A stretch of 63,590 nt of DNA, filler included, from Octopus bimaculoides (taxonomy: Eukaryota), in NCBI RefSeq assembly GCF_001194135.2. It is 5 parts of 4 records of this genome, joined end to end, with 100 filler letters (N's around TTAATTAATTAA, not from the genome) between each part and the next. Parts side by side here need not be neighbours in the genome. Positions count along the whole stretch, not along the records: positions 37,121 to 56,952 come from NC_068981.1; positions 57,053 to 62,040 come from NC_068997.1; positions 62,141 to 63,590 come from NW_026295841.1; 2 more parts are not named here. The stretch is one strand, 5' to 3'. Positions 50,491 to 63,460 of the stretch are shown in pieces (the first letter of the stretch is position 1; each line of letters opens with the position of its first letter). A program made the translations under genes and the position numbers. The notes beneath the pieces are model-generated. The model did not search any database, was not told where the DNA came from, and saw nothing but the letters and a program-made list of their open reading frames with translations.

Positions 50491-53400
50491 ACCTGTGCTA
50501 TTGATGATGATGATTATGATGAATACTGCCAAAGTCAAAGGCAACAGTTTTGCAGAATTGTCAAAGTGTCTGAGACAACATGAACTCAGCAAGCTTAATA
50601 GAATAACTATAGTAACACTTTTGGCAGATGTTTATGCTTAAATACAACCACTAAAGAAAAAACAAAAAAAATCTGCTTCAAAACTGGCTAGGAGAAACAT
50701 TGCCTTTTAGGTGATTTTTCTTTTAACTATATATATAAGACTATGTTATCCAATATGTCATTTCCTACTTTTAGATTGTTTGATGTGATTTGAGGGAAAT
50801 TTAGTTGCTATTTCTTTCAATTTGAGTGACTGTATAGAGGCCTTCCCTTGTAAGCTCAAACTTGGCTGATGGTTAGAATAGTCCTCATTGAATAGATGAA
50901 AGATGCTCTTATCATGGTCATTCCATCTTTTTGTATATCAGTGACTAGATTTCTGCTGTATCTTTTATTTAAGACACTAGGGTGTAATTTGAGGGAGATT
51001 TGACTGTGCTTTCTACTAGGAGGAGTGGTCATGTAGACACCAGTTTTGAAACACTGAGACCAGCCAACTTAACATTGTTATCACCTTACATAACGGAAAA
51101 TATTGTCAGGTAGTGTCTGCTAGAATGTGATGATATCAAAGTACTTGTGCAGGTGTGTAGTTGTCACCTATGTTTAAGAAGTATTTGTGGCTGTTCTTCC
51201 TATGTTAAATAACTAATATTTTGATGGCATTTTTGTTAAAATGAAAATTGACCTCAAAACCAAATGTCTTAATTCTCTGAAAAATTGTATAGCTGCAGGG
51301 ATTTTTCAGGGAACGAGTTTTCATCTGTTGTTCCCTTTTTTTATCCTTTTTTTTATTTTAATATATATATATAATCTAGCTTTAAGTTAGTAGAAAGCAT
51401 TGACTGCAGCAATGAATGTGAGTAGCAATTATAAGATTGAGCATGCTGTTAATTAAATTTCAGTGTAAATATAATAAATTGTATGTCACAAAAGAAAGAA
51501 TACAACTCTCTCCCCCCCCCTCTCTCTCTCCTCACACACACACACATTACTTCAGAGATGTGGTTGGTGTAAGATGTGATGTGAGGTATGAATTACTTAG
51601 GGATGGTGTGATACATGGTGAGAGGAAGGCTGGCAATATTTCAGTTACATATATAGATATACTTACAAAAGCCCCATCATGATTAGGATATGACAGATCT
51701 GGTTGCAGAATTGTGACTCTAGATAATATGAAGCCATGAAGCCTATTTATTACTGTGTTGAGTTCATGACTGTAAGGTCATGGATTTAATTTCTGGGCTG
51801 GGTGATGAACTGTGTCCTTGAACAAGAAACTTCATTTCATGTTACTCTAGTTTACTCAGCTGAAAGCAAGTACCAGCAGCTGAAGTTAACATTGTAATGC
51901 CCCATGCAGAGGGAATCTCCATGGAAAAGAATGGCAACAGCCAAGTGCTTTATTTTTCTTCTGTAGAAAGATTATCATGATAGCTAAAGTTACCTGATCC
52001 TGTCAAATGTAATGCTTATTTATTCACATTGTTTTGAATTAATCTTGCATTATTTTATAGCCTTGAGATTTCTGTGATTATTTAATTTTTACAATGACAT
52101 TGTAGAGTCAGTGTGAGAAGCTGAATTTGGCCAGTTTGAACACAAAACAAGGAGAATATATGGTTGGTTTAGATGCTAAAGTGTTAATGGTTCCAACTTA
52201 CAATACAGTACATAAACTGTACTGATCTGATATGTCAGCTCCATCTCTATATAACATTTATATAGTGTATAAAGAAGAAGTATAGACATGTGTTGCAAAA
52301 TAAGTATATAGTTTTTGCTCTGGATAAAAACATTCTAATATTTTTTGGTGAAAACTATACAAGGAAGAGGTAGATTAAGAGAAAACTTGATAAATAACGA
52401 AGGTCAAATACTGGTGTGGGTTTGGACAGTTCATTTCAGACTCGGTCACTTCTGATTCAAAGTTAGTGTCCTTCTAAATGGGTTGGAGGACTACATTTAG
52501 CTTACTTGTATATTATGGCAAGATTTCTAAAGCTGGATGTCCTTCCTAACATCGTGTAATATAATTTATCATGGCACCAACACTAGAGAGATTTCTGGAT
52601 CCTTAGCCAGATTTAAAGAGTGCTCTCAGTACACATGCAGTCAACTATGGAAGCACACCTAGGTTTCTTGACATGTCTTGACCATGTTGCATGATCTTTG
52701 TAAACAATAACAAAAGGGGTTCGTAACTATGTCTGGGTTGTTCATTGTTCAATTAACTAAAGGATTATAACCGTACTTGAAAACAGGTGAGGATTGATAA
52801 CAGGAAATGCATCTAGCGCAGGGTTGGAATCTTCTGGAAGGCCTGCCGGAAGTTCCCTCATGTACATGTGCAGAAAACTAGCAGCTGCGAAATTCTCTTG
52901 TATCTCCCTGCTTTTTGACGCTAATAACTGATCGATACAGACATGTCTCCAGCAGCTCTCTTTAGCTGCTACCTCATGGCGCATCCCCGCTATGCATGAA
53001 CGGGCAGGATTGACACACTCCACTAGACTACTGCCGATAAGCTCCTAGGTTGCCAATTCGCCCAGAGGAAGGAAATGTTTTATAATGCGAATCAAAGAAT
53101 AAATATTCACACTGTTGAAGTTAACGAAAAACCTCGACTCTTTCTTCAATTAATATTTAATGTGAAGGATGTGAGCAGCACCCATCCAGTGCAGGAATCT
53201 CTCATCCTGTTACATACTGTACCATCACAACTATAACTCTTTCCTCTCTTTACTGCATTTTCACTGTTGTACATATTTGCTCTGCTCACAGTTTTTACAG
53301 TGCACCCTATACAGTTATGTCAATGCAGTGACATTGATACTGTGCTACATTTCTTCTCAATATATCTTATAATTGATGTTGTTCTATGTAATGTACAGCG

Positions 53401-54893
53401 ATAAGACATTATGAAGAGACTCATCAATTTGGATGCTGCTTCAGCAGTTTTTCATGTCGACTTTTGATTAATGGTTTCTCACTAAACTGATTAGTTTTCT
53501 CTTATGACTCGCCTCTTATTGAAACACATTAAGATGCCTTGTATACGTTGTATTTTATTTCTCTGGTGGAGAGAATCGATTATGACATCACAGTAAGAGG
53601 AAAATGTAGGTTGAGGTGATTTTAGGAGGTATATGACACATCATATGATGCTTTTGCTGACTGAGGTGAGTGACTCATTTGTTGATGTGATACTATTTAA
53701 CATGTATACCATATGTTAGTGTCTGCTGTATGGTCCCTGCAAAAATAACTGTTTTCTATGTATGCCTTTACTGTCAATGCTAATATTGTTTACACCCGTT
53801 GAGTGAAATAATGAATGGAGGATTATTCATCATCATCACCATTGTCATCAGCATCATCATCATCATACCTCTTTTTAGAGTAGAAACTTGGGTGCAGGTA
53901 GGATTGGTTTGGATAGAGGAGCTAGGGATGCTAACATGGGAGACTAAAGAATATATTTTTTTAAAAATGAGGTTGGTTATATTTCATGATGTCAGGCAAG
54001 ATCTTGGAAATTGAAAAGTGTAGCAATACGCCATATAGCAAACACATATCACCCATGTTAGCATGGAAAAATGAGTAGTATGTTGATGAGAATGAGGAGC
54101 AAAGACAGTATCTTTGTGAGCTAATCTTTGGAATGAAGAAGTGAATCTAATTTATTAGTGTGGTGTTTAACCTTTTAGGATATAAACTGGTCACATCATC
54201 ATCCTTTAATGTCCATTTTCCATGCCGGCATGGGTTGGCTGATTTGACCAGAGCTAGCAAGCAGGAGAGCTGCACCAGGTTTCAGTCTGATTTGGCCTGG
54301 TTTCTATGGCTGGATGCCCTTCCTAATGCCAACCACTTTACAGAGCATGCTGGGTGTCTTTTATGTGGCACCAGCATGGGTACTTTTATGTGACACCAGC
54401 ATGGGTGCTATCTCATGGTGCCAGCATGAGTGCTTTTTACATGTCATTGGCATAGATACTTTTTATGTGGCTCCAGCACAGGGCTCTTGTAGGTCAATCC
54501 TCTTCAGTAGGGGGAGCAACATTAACACTTCTTCTATGGAGGACAAGTTTTCTTGAGTACAGCAAAGCGCCAAATATTCTGTTTTATGTTCAGACAGGGC
54601 AGATCCAGCCTCTCACACCTATCCTACAGTATCATTCTAAAAATAAGCTATCACATCAGTAAAACCTGAAATATACCAGATAATGCATGATTAAGTCAAA
54701 TAAATGAGTAAGCATTACATTTAACAAAGTAATCTGAATGCTAAATACTTTATTTAAATACTTTATTTAAGCCAGTCCATCATTCCCATACAGAATTATA
54801 AGATCCTAAATTTTCTTAATGTTTGTGAGTAGCTGTCAGAGTTGAAACTTTGCCTTTTTATAATTCATTCTTTCTTTCTGTTTGTCTAGCATC

Positions 54894-54970
54894 ATGGATG
54901 ATCCTAACAGTCAAAGCAACACTGAGCGCTGGGTGTGTCCTAATGACCGACAATTAGCATTACGTGCCAA
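54894..54970 (+). CDS. RPH3A: First coding exon of a rabphilin / Noc2 (Rab3/Rab27 effector) family gene
   Basis: Translates MDDPNSQSNTERWVCPNDRQLALRA(K). WVCPNDRQLALRAK is the N-terminal motif I recognise from RPH3AL/Noc2 and rabphilin-type proteins. The acceptor is tttctttctgtttgtctAG (54888-54889) and the phase-2 donor is AA|GTAAGT at 54971. Missed by the ORF track because it is short and spliced. Confidence 0.88.
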
Positions 54971-54974
54971 GTAA

Positions 54975-55980
54975 GTATTAGTAGTTATTATCGTTACTAC
55001 TGCTGCTGCCATTGCTGTTGCTGTTGCTGCTGCTGTTGTTGTTGTTGTTGTTGCTGCTGCTGCTGCTCCTCCTCCTCCGCCTCCTCCTCCTCCGCCTCCT
55101 CCTCCTCCTCTTTTTCTTCTTCTTCTTCTGCATGTTTGCTACAATCACTTGCTGAGCCATACCCAGCACCCTAGGGTGAGTGAAGGATAAGAGATGTCAC
55201 ATTATGACTGAAAGCTTGAAGAGAGCAAGTAGCAGGGGCAATAGCAAAATATCTTCATGTAATATGACACATACATTCAAATTGATAGGGTTTTTCTAAG
55301 GATGTGGGCAGTACTTGTCAGCACAATTTTTTGGATTTCTCAGAGACATGGTTCTCCTGGGATATTATCTAGATATTTCTGACATCCTTTTTTTTTTATC
55401 ATACCTACAATAACAAGAGCAGTTATCTCTTTAAGATACCACAAATTTTGTATTTCAATTTCAAGGTCCTTATATTTATTTAATTTGTCAAATTCCTTTA
55501 CAGATATATCTTTATCAGTGGGAACACTTACATCTATTATTCTACAAGTATTTTCTTCTCAGTCTTTAATGACTATGTCTGGTCAATTAACCTGGATCAT
55601 TATGTCAGTGTTGACTGGAAAATCCCAGAGGATAGTGACATTTTTACCTTCAATGACTGGTTCAGGATGATGTTCATACCAGTAAGCAGGAGTGCTGATT
55701 GTGTAGTGTTTACATATTTTCCAAAGTAAATACTGCCTCACTCTATCATGACGATTTTTGTATTCATTTGGTGTCAACACAACATCTCAATACAAGATGG
55801 TCTTTTGCTGCTGCTGCAACTGCTGCTGCTGCAACTGCTGCTTCTTCTTCTTCTTCTTCTTCTTCTTCTTCTTCTTCTTCTTCTTCTTCTTCTTCTTCTT
55901 CTTCTTCTTCTTCTTCTTCTTCTTCTTCTTCTTCTATTATCATCATCATTATTATTATTATTATTATTTGTTGTTGTTGT
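54975..55980. repeat. Mixed trinucleotide tracts flanking the R4-like fragment (54975-55130, 55806-55980)
   Basis: (GCT)n, (GTT)n, (CTC)n, (TTC)n and (TTA)n are directly visible. Confidence 0.95.
55160..55800 (-). mobile_element. R4/Dong-like non-LTR 3' fragment with restriction-like endonuclease
   Basis: RHDRVRQYLLWKICKHY..WYEHHPEPVIE..TILWDFPVNTD..PDIVIKD..CRIIDVSVP.D..KEFDKLNKYKDLEIEI, a PD-(D/E)xK-type RLE signature. Confidence 0.88.
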
Positions 55981-56454
55981 TCTGTATCTTTACATCTAGA
56001 GTTCCAATTCTGACAAGGTCAATTTTGCCTTTCATCACCCTGAGTCAATAAGATAAAGTACCAGTTTTGTACTGGAGCTGATGGTTTTGACTTACTACTT
56101 TCCTCAGACTCACCGGCTTTGTGCCTAAATAAGAAATTATCATTATTATTATTATTATTATTCTCAAGGCAGCAAGCTAGCAGAATCATTAACATGCCTG
56201 ACGAAATATTTAACGGCACTTCATCTGTCTTTATATTCTGATTTCAAATTCTGCCAAGGCTGACTTTGGCTTTCATCTGTTCAGGGTTGACAAAATAAGT
56301 ACCAGTTGAACACTGGGGTTGATGTAATCAACTATTCTCCTCCCCCAATTTCAGGCCTTGTACCTATAATAGAAAGGATGATTATTATTATCATCATCAT
56401 CATCATCATCATTATTATTCAGTAATTTTATTATCATCATCTTCATCATCATCA

Positions 56455-56497
<43 letters not shown>

Positions 56498-56901
56498 TTA
56501 AATAGTGAGGGAATGACTTTTATTATAGATCTCTTATCACTCACACGTGCTGAAGGATAGAGAAACTGGATGAATGAAGTAGTTCTCTAGAAAATCAACC
56601 TGATGCATACACACACAGACATCCATCACATTTACACATGCATGAATACTTTCCACATACACAGACACATCATACATAAATTATAAAAATGATCAGAGAT
56701 CTGTTTTCTTTATCCATGATATTGTTTTCAACTACCAATAACCACGCCTCAGATTTACTTCATTGGCTTTGGTACCGCCTCTGCACAAAGCTATATTCAT
56801 CAGTGAACATTCAAAATAATGCTGTTTCTAAGTAAAAGTGATGATAAATAGCCCATAAATTTTACTTTTGAAGTATTGTTTACAAAAATATATACTAATT
56901 A

Positions 56902-56952
<51 letters not shown>

Positions 56953-57052
56953 NNNNNNNNNNNNNNNNNNNNNNNNNNNNNNNNNNNNNNNNNNNNTTAA
57001 TTAATTAANNNNNNNNNNNNNNNNNNNNNNNNNNNNNNNNNNNNNNNNNNNN
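56953..57052. other. Artificial join spacer
   Basis: Same layout. Confidence 0.95.
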
Positions 57053-57074
57053 GCACCTGGGGAGGGGGCTTATG

Positions 57075-57800
57075 TTAGAGTATGTTGAGCTGTGGTCTGT
57101 ATTTTTGAATAAGATTATTTTCCCTATTTATTCGTGTTTGGTCAGTGGTGTTGTCTGAGCATTGGTATAATGGGAAAACTAGGAATTTGGGGGATTTGTT
57201 TTGTGCACAGAGATCTAAGTGCCCACTGAGTGGTATCTGTCTTGTGGTGGGATCCTTCAATTGTTGGCGGTGGACTGTCATCCTTTCTCTGAGAGTAAGG
57301 CTCGTTTGCCCTATGTATTCTTTGTGGTACCCTTCACACCTTATGGCGACGAAAGTGTGTGCCGACTGGAATCTGTATGTTGTTCCTTCCATGAGGTGGA
57401 AGCAAGTCCTGCAGTTGGAACGACCACATTTTTTTACGGTAGGTAGTGGGCTTGTGTTGGGCAATTTTGCATTCGTGAGTAGGTTTTTTAGGGATTTGGG
57501 TTGTCTTTTGCTTTTTATTATTTTATGGGTTGCGAGTACTCTTTTTAGACGTGGGTCTTGATTCAGTAGTGGGATGTTTTTGTATATTATTGTGTAAGCT
57601 CTCTCTCACACACACACACCACAAGGACGATTAAAACAACACATACATACTCGGAAAAAGAGATATACGCACACTCTCACGTACACACACCTATCATCCC
57701 CACTGACACAAAAAACACACAAACACACACTCATATACACATTCCACAATAAACTCTGGGACCAATAAAAACGGCACACACACACACACACACACGGACA
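57075..57800 (-). mobile_element. Penelope-like element 3' part (linker plus GIY-YIG endonuclease)
   Basis: YTIIYKNIPLL..KSKRQPKSLKNLLT..KKCGRSNCRTC..YHKEYIGQTSLTLRERMTVHRQQ..RENNLIQKYRPQLN. Homologous to the 44935-45300 segment. 57600-57800 is a C/A-rich tract resembling an inverted terminal piece. Confidence 0.9.
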
Positions 57801-58797
57801 GCAGTGAGTGAATGATATTCTTAACCTTTTAGCATTTAAATTGGCTGTATCTGGTTGAAATATCCTACTTGCTTCATGTGTGTGTGTATGTATATATACA
57901 TACACACACACACACAAATACACATACATATGTATATATATATATCTTCTACATTCAATAAAACGTTGAAATAAAATGATTACATAGAAAGCTTAAAAAC
58001 ATCTGAAACACGTAAATATGCCTGTTAGCTTATATACATTAATGTATCGCAGTAACATATTGAGATATATCCTGTTTTATGTTTCCTCTGTTACTTCATG
58101 TGACAGTAAGTCCATTCTCAAATGCTATTCATAATACAATTTGTTAGTGGTGGTAGTAGAAGTAATATAACAGGTGTTAGTAATAGCAGTAGTGATGGTA
58201 TGGGCGATACCCCTTGTTGTTGTTTAGCTCCCAAGTTAACTTAAATCAAATATTTCTATGATCAAAAGCATTCCAGTTATAATCATCTTTCCCCTTTTTA
58301 GGGTCATATCTAACACTATATTATCTACCTGTGATATGTACTTCTTTTTTTGTTATAGATTGGGTATAATTTGGAAGAAATTTAGCTGCTATTTCTAGAG
58401 TCTCTCTTTTTAGCATGACTAGTCATTGTAGTTACCATTGTTATTAGCTCAGATCAAACCTATTTGAAGATAGCTGTGATCAAAGGAAGTTCAGCCATGA
58501 AACAGCCCATTCTTTATAGGAACAGGAATATTCTTTTACTTTTATCAGTAATAGAACTGTGATCATGCTGGGGTCTCTGTCTAAAAGAGTTGAAGTATTC
58601 GAATTGACTTCAGTGATTATTTTAAAGTCAGATTCTTTTCCTGTTGGTGTCTTTTGCCAAAGTGCTATTTCATGGGGACAAAGACAACCCAATACCCATT
58701 GTCAAACAGTGATACACATACACACGCACACACACATATATACACACACAGACACACATATTATTCAGCCACAGCAGTGAGTGAATGATATTCTTAA

Positions 58798-59017
58798 CCT
58801 TTTAGCATTTAAATTGGCTGTATCTAGTTGAAATATCCTACTTGTTTCATGTTAAAACTGACAGGGTGTGGCCTCTCACAGCTGCTCTACAATGTCATTA
58901 TAAAAATATACAATTGCATCATCAAAATCTCAAAGCCACGAGATAATGCATGATGAATTCAAAACAATATTAATAAATAAGCATAACATTTGACGAAATA
59001 ATTTGAATACTAAAGGG
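58798..59017. mobile_element. piggyBac-like MITE (decayed); related fragments at ~51990-52190 and ~54570-54750
   Basis: TTAA followed by CCTTTTAGCATT at the left end and AATACTAAAGGG at the right end. The right TTAA is mutated. The internal sequence is shared with the other two fragments. Confidence 0.55.
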
Positions 59018-59475
59018 CTGAAAAACAATTTTGTATAATTAAACTTCCCTAAAAGTTCCAAATGAAGGGAGTCTAATACTAAAAAAAAACAACCTTTAAA
59101 GATTTTGTATGGAAAAAAATTCTTATGAGGTAAATATATTGATGACTTGGGGAGAGAATAAGGGTGAAATACGTATTTAAGCATATATGATTTATTTCAG
59201 AAAAAGCAGTTAGCATAATTTAATTTTAATGAAGAGGAGTCTAATACAGAATATCATTTCAAAATTGGTACAGTCAGTAAAAAAGAAGTAAAGAAATAAA
59301 GCGTGCTCAAACTTGAGGGTGAACTACAGCTATAACATTTTCTTTTTATTTATAGACAAGCAAACAGTGAATTATATTTTTAAGGTTAATGTACTTTTTC
59401 ACAATCACTTCTATGAACTGTACCTAATTCAGTTTTCTACCAAATTACATGTACTTAAGTTCATTGCGTGTGTGT

Positions 59476-59512
<37 letters not shown>

Positions 59513-59527
59513 TGTGTGTGTGTGTGT

Positions 59528-59595
<68 letters not shown>

Positions 59596-59744
59596 ATGTA
59601 TACACAAAACATTCAGAAGGATCTGAGTAAAGTAGTTTTGGGTTCATCATCATCATTTAACATCCATGTTCCATGCTGGCCTTGAGTTGGTCATGTTAAT
59701 TAGACAGAACGTAAGAAGTAGAAAGGCTACATTCTGGAGTATGG

Positions 59745-60108
59745 TGACACTCTGTCAGTTACGACGACGAGTGTTCCAGTTGATCCGATCAACGGAACAG
59801 CCTGCTCGTGAAATTAACGTGCAAGTGGCTGAGCACTCCACAGACACGTGTACTCTTAACGTAATTCTCGGGGAGATTCAGCGTGACACAGAGTGTGACA
59901 TGGTTGGCCCCTTGAAATACAAGTACAAGAGAAACAGGAAGAAAGAGTGAAAGTTGTGGTGAAAGAGTACAGTAGGGTTCAGCACCACCCCCTACCGGAG
60001 CCTCATGGAGCTTTAGGTGTTTTTGCTCAATAAACACTCACAATCGAAACCGCGATCTTAAGACCACGAGTCCGCTGCCCTAACCACTGGGCCATTGCGC
60101 CTCCACAT
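59745..60108 (-). mobile_element. tRNA-headed SINE sharing the family B 3' tail
   Basis: Minus-strand head GGAGGCGCAATGGCCCAGTGGTTAGGGCAGCGGACTCGTGG..GGTTTCGATT. The tail matches 1815-1880. Confidence 0.8.
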
Positions 60109-60299
60109 TCTGAGGTAGATAATGCACAGTAGATAAGGCACATTTCGATTTATTAATGATTTCAAACAGTTATATTTTATGTGTACAAGTGAATTAATCA
60201 TATTGACAAACATATATACTGGCATGTATGTAATATCTGAAGCTTTACAATGCAACAAAACATGCTACAAAGGTAAAGGTGACACCGTAGACAGAAATA

Positions 60300-60985
60300 A
60301 TTACAGAGGTATCAAGTGATGAAAGTTATGAAGTGGGTCATAGCTCAACTAGTTAGGAAGAGAGTTATGCTAGACGTGATGCAGCTTGGTTTTGTGCCTG
60401 GGAGAAACATCACTCATGCTATATTCCTTGTAAGACAGTTGCAGAAGTACCCAGCAAAAATCAACCTCTGTAACCAAGTATTCACGGGTTCCTTCTTTTC
60501 TGGTATTGAATAACATCTCTCCTTCCTGTGTTATCTCCCATATCTCTTTCCCAGTTTTCAGAGTTGGCATTCTAAATGTAGGCACATTGAAAGGCAGGTC
60601 TAGCGAGATTGCAGAGATGCTTGAACAGAAACATGTTGATGTATATTGCGTACAAGAGGCAAGATGGAGAGGAGCTTCAGCCAGTGTTCTCACAGACAAA
60701 GAACATAGGTATAAGCTCTTCTGGAAAGGTAATAGTCATTGAATAAGGGATGTAGGCATACTTCTTGCGGAGAAATAGGTGGATAAGGCCGTAGAGGTAG
60801 CGAGGATGTGCGAGAGAGTACTTAAACTGAGGCTAGTCTAGCAGAATGACATAGCTACAATTATCTCCGCCTACGCCCCACAAGCGGGCCTACCAAATGA
60901 ACAGAAGGATCACTTTTATGATATTCTTCTGCAGGCTACCTCAAAAACGAGTGATAATGATCTCATCTTTGTAGCTGGAGATTTT
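60300..60985 (+). mobile_element. RTE-clade LINE fragments: RT piece followed by endonuclease N-terminus
   Basis: 60316-60470 reads MKVMKWVIAQLVRKRVMLDVMQLGFVPGRNITHAIFLVRQLQ (RT). 60550-60985 reads RVGILNVGTLKGR..VYCVQEARWRG..IISAYAPQAG..FVAGDF (APE). Confidence 0.88.
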
Positions 60986-61830
60986 TATGTATATGTGTGT
61001 GGGTGATTATCACTGTTTGTGTCTGTGTATGTATGTATGAAAATTATTTTATAAATATTATATGTATGTATGAAAATTATTTTGAAAGTTTGAAAATAAC
61101 GTCTGAATCATATTTGGCTTCAATGTAGAAACAAAAACAAATAAAATGAATTTCGAAAAAGTTCAAAAGTGAAGATTTTGTGGGGTAGTTGGATGAAAAG
61201 TTAATAAAAACAATATTTTTTAAAATATCGGAATAGTGTCAAAACAAGACGAAGAAACAATAAAAGATTTTTAAATGGAACTGATTAATATTCCTAAGAG
61301 TTCACAAATAACGAAGCAGGTGTTACATCGTTCCTGCAAAAGTTCGAGAGCATTTGATCAGGGATCAGAAAATTAGCTAAAGGCTTGAGGATAAACAATA
61401 AAATCAAATCATTAGTTATAATATAACAGATACATACCGCTGTCAACTTTCGAGCCAGTTCATGTAAGCCAAACTGTTCAACGCAGTTAATTTTAGTATA
61501 ATGTTGCGGTCTAAAGCTGACACCCACATATTTAATAGTTAAACTCATCGAAGTATAAAAGAGGTCAAAGTTATTTTTAAAACAATTATTAGCATATTTA
61601 TTAGAATGATATTACAACCACACCTATGTAAAAATACATACATGCATACATGCATACATACATACATATATACATACATACATACATACATACATACATA
61701 CATACACATATACATACACATGCTTATATACATAGATACATACATTTATGGATACACATGCATATATAAATACATGAATGCATACATATATTTATATGTG
61801 TATATATATATGTGTATATATATATATATG

Positions 61831-61874
<44 letters not shown>

Positions 61875-62040
61875 GTAGTATATTGCCACTTAAGTGTGGC
61901 TGACCCCTAGGGGTGGATGTTACTGTTGCTTTTAGCCCCAGGAGGACATCTCCTCCAGCTGGCTTATCGACACACGACTGTGTCCTGTTTGCCAAGGGAG
62001 TTATCCCTCTCACCGCGACCAGCAGCACGAACGTATCCGG

Positions 62041-62140
62041 NNNNNNNNNNNNNNNNNNNNNNNNNNNNNNNNNNNNNNNNNNNNTTAATTAATTAANNNN
62101 NNNNNNNNNNNNNNNNNNNNNNNNNNNNNNNNNNNNNNNN
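62041..62140. other. Artificial join spacer
   Basis: Same layout. Confidence 0.95.
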
Positions 62141-63460
62141 TATATGTATACATATACATGTATATGTATACATATATATGTATATGTATAGATATAGATA
62201 TAGATCTATATGTATACATGTGTGCAGATGTATATATATAGGTGTACATCTAATATGTACACATATATAAATGCATACAGATATCTATACATATATACAC
62301 CCATACACACACACATATATATGCACACAAACACACACATTAGTCATTTGTTTTCTTATCCAAAACTACGTCAAAGATATTGAATGGATCTTTAAGAAAT
62401 TTGGAAATTATATTCTATACATAATGGCCATAACCCCCATGAAAATTCATGTATTTTTGATGTTGATGAAATTTTAACCATACATATTACACACAAATAA
62501 AGTAATATTTCAAAATTTTTTTCTTAGAATTTATAAAGACCCCTTCATGGGGACTTCACACTCACAATTTAGTCATTTTTCCTAAGCAAAGATGAATACA
62601 GTTGTACCATTGGTAGCTATAGGGTCACCCGAACATAACAGATGAGCATTATTTGTAATTCAACGGTACAACAGTGTAAGACTATCCTTTCAGATATACT
62701 TACATTGTGAATTCTGCAATTTGGTGCATAAATTGTCAAGTAAATGAGACTCATCTTTGCCTCCACTGATTCACTTGCAAAATGTTGAGTAAAATTATTT
62801 AGTTGCAGACCTCCTTTGAGTCTTTTTATTATCACTGCAACACATATAGTTGGTAACATTGATTTCAAGGCCTTCCCAGATGAGTGACTGGTTGTCCTAA
62901 GACATTTATTGAGTATAAATATTTTCTGCCCAGTTACCTATCGGTAGAGTGGTCATTTGCAAACATCAGAGGCGAGACTTTCATTTCCCTTTACTCCAAA
63001 CGTCACACATTGTTGTTTCAATTGGGTCATGCCCTTCCAATTGCTATAGATCCATAATGCATCTTAAAGCTGTGCCTGTCACCTGTATGGTGAGGAATCC
63101 TACATTGGGGAGTAGTAATGACTAGGCTACGGTAGCTGACTGATTATCGTGATCATTCGTCTTTTGCTTTCCTGTAGCTTTGCTCTCCTTTACAAACCCA
63201 GTGAACATACATATGTTTCCTATTTCAAAGAAATTCAAACAATACATATTACACACAAGTTAAAAAGATTCCCAACAATTCAACTTCTCTGGTTGACATT
63301 AATACACCCATCACCAATAGGGGCCTTAACTCCCACATTTTTTAACTCCATGAGCTCCATTTTTCAAGAGCAAAATTCTTTTAGGGTCCATGTAGTGTCT
63401 TAGGCCAAAAAAATTTTTAACTTCCTGCATAGTTCGAGCCCACAGCAATATCTTATCTCC

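Noticed and set aside
13630-54970. Rabphilin gene nested in the SLC5 intron on the same strand
   Set aside because: An artificial join at 37021-37120 lies between them, so the linkage is unsupported.
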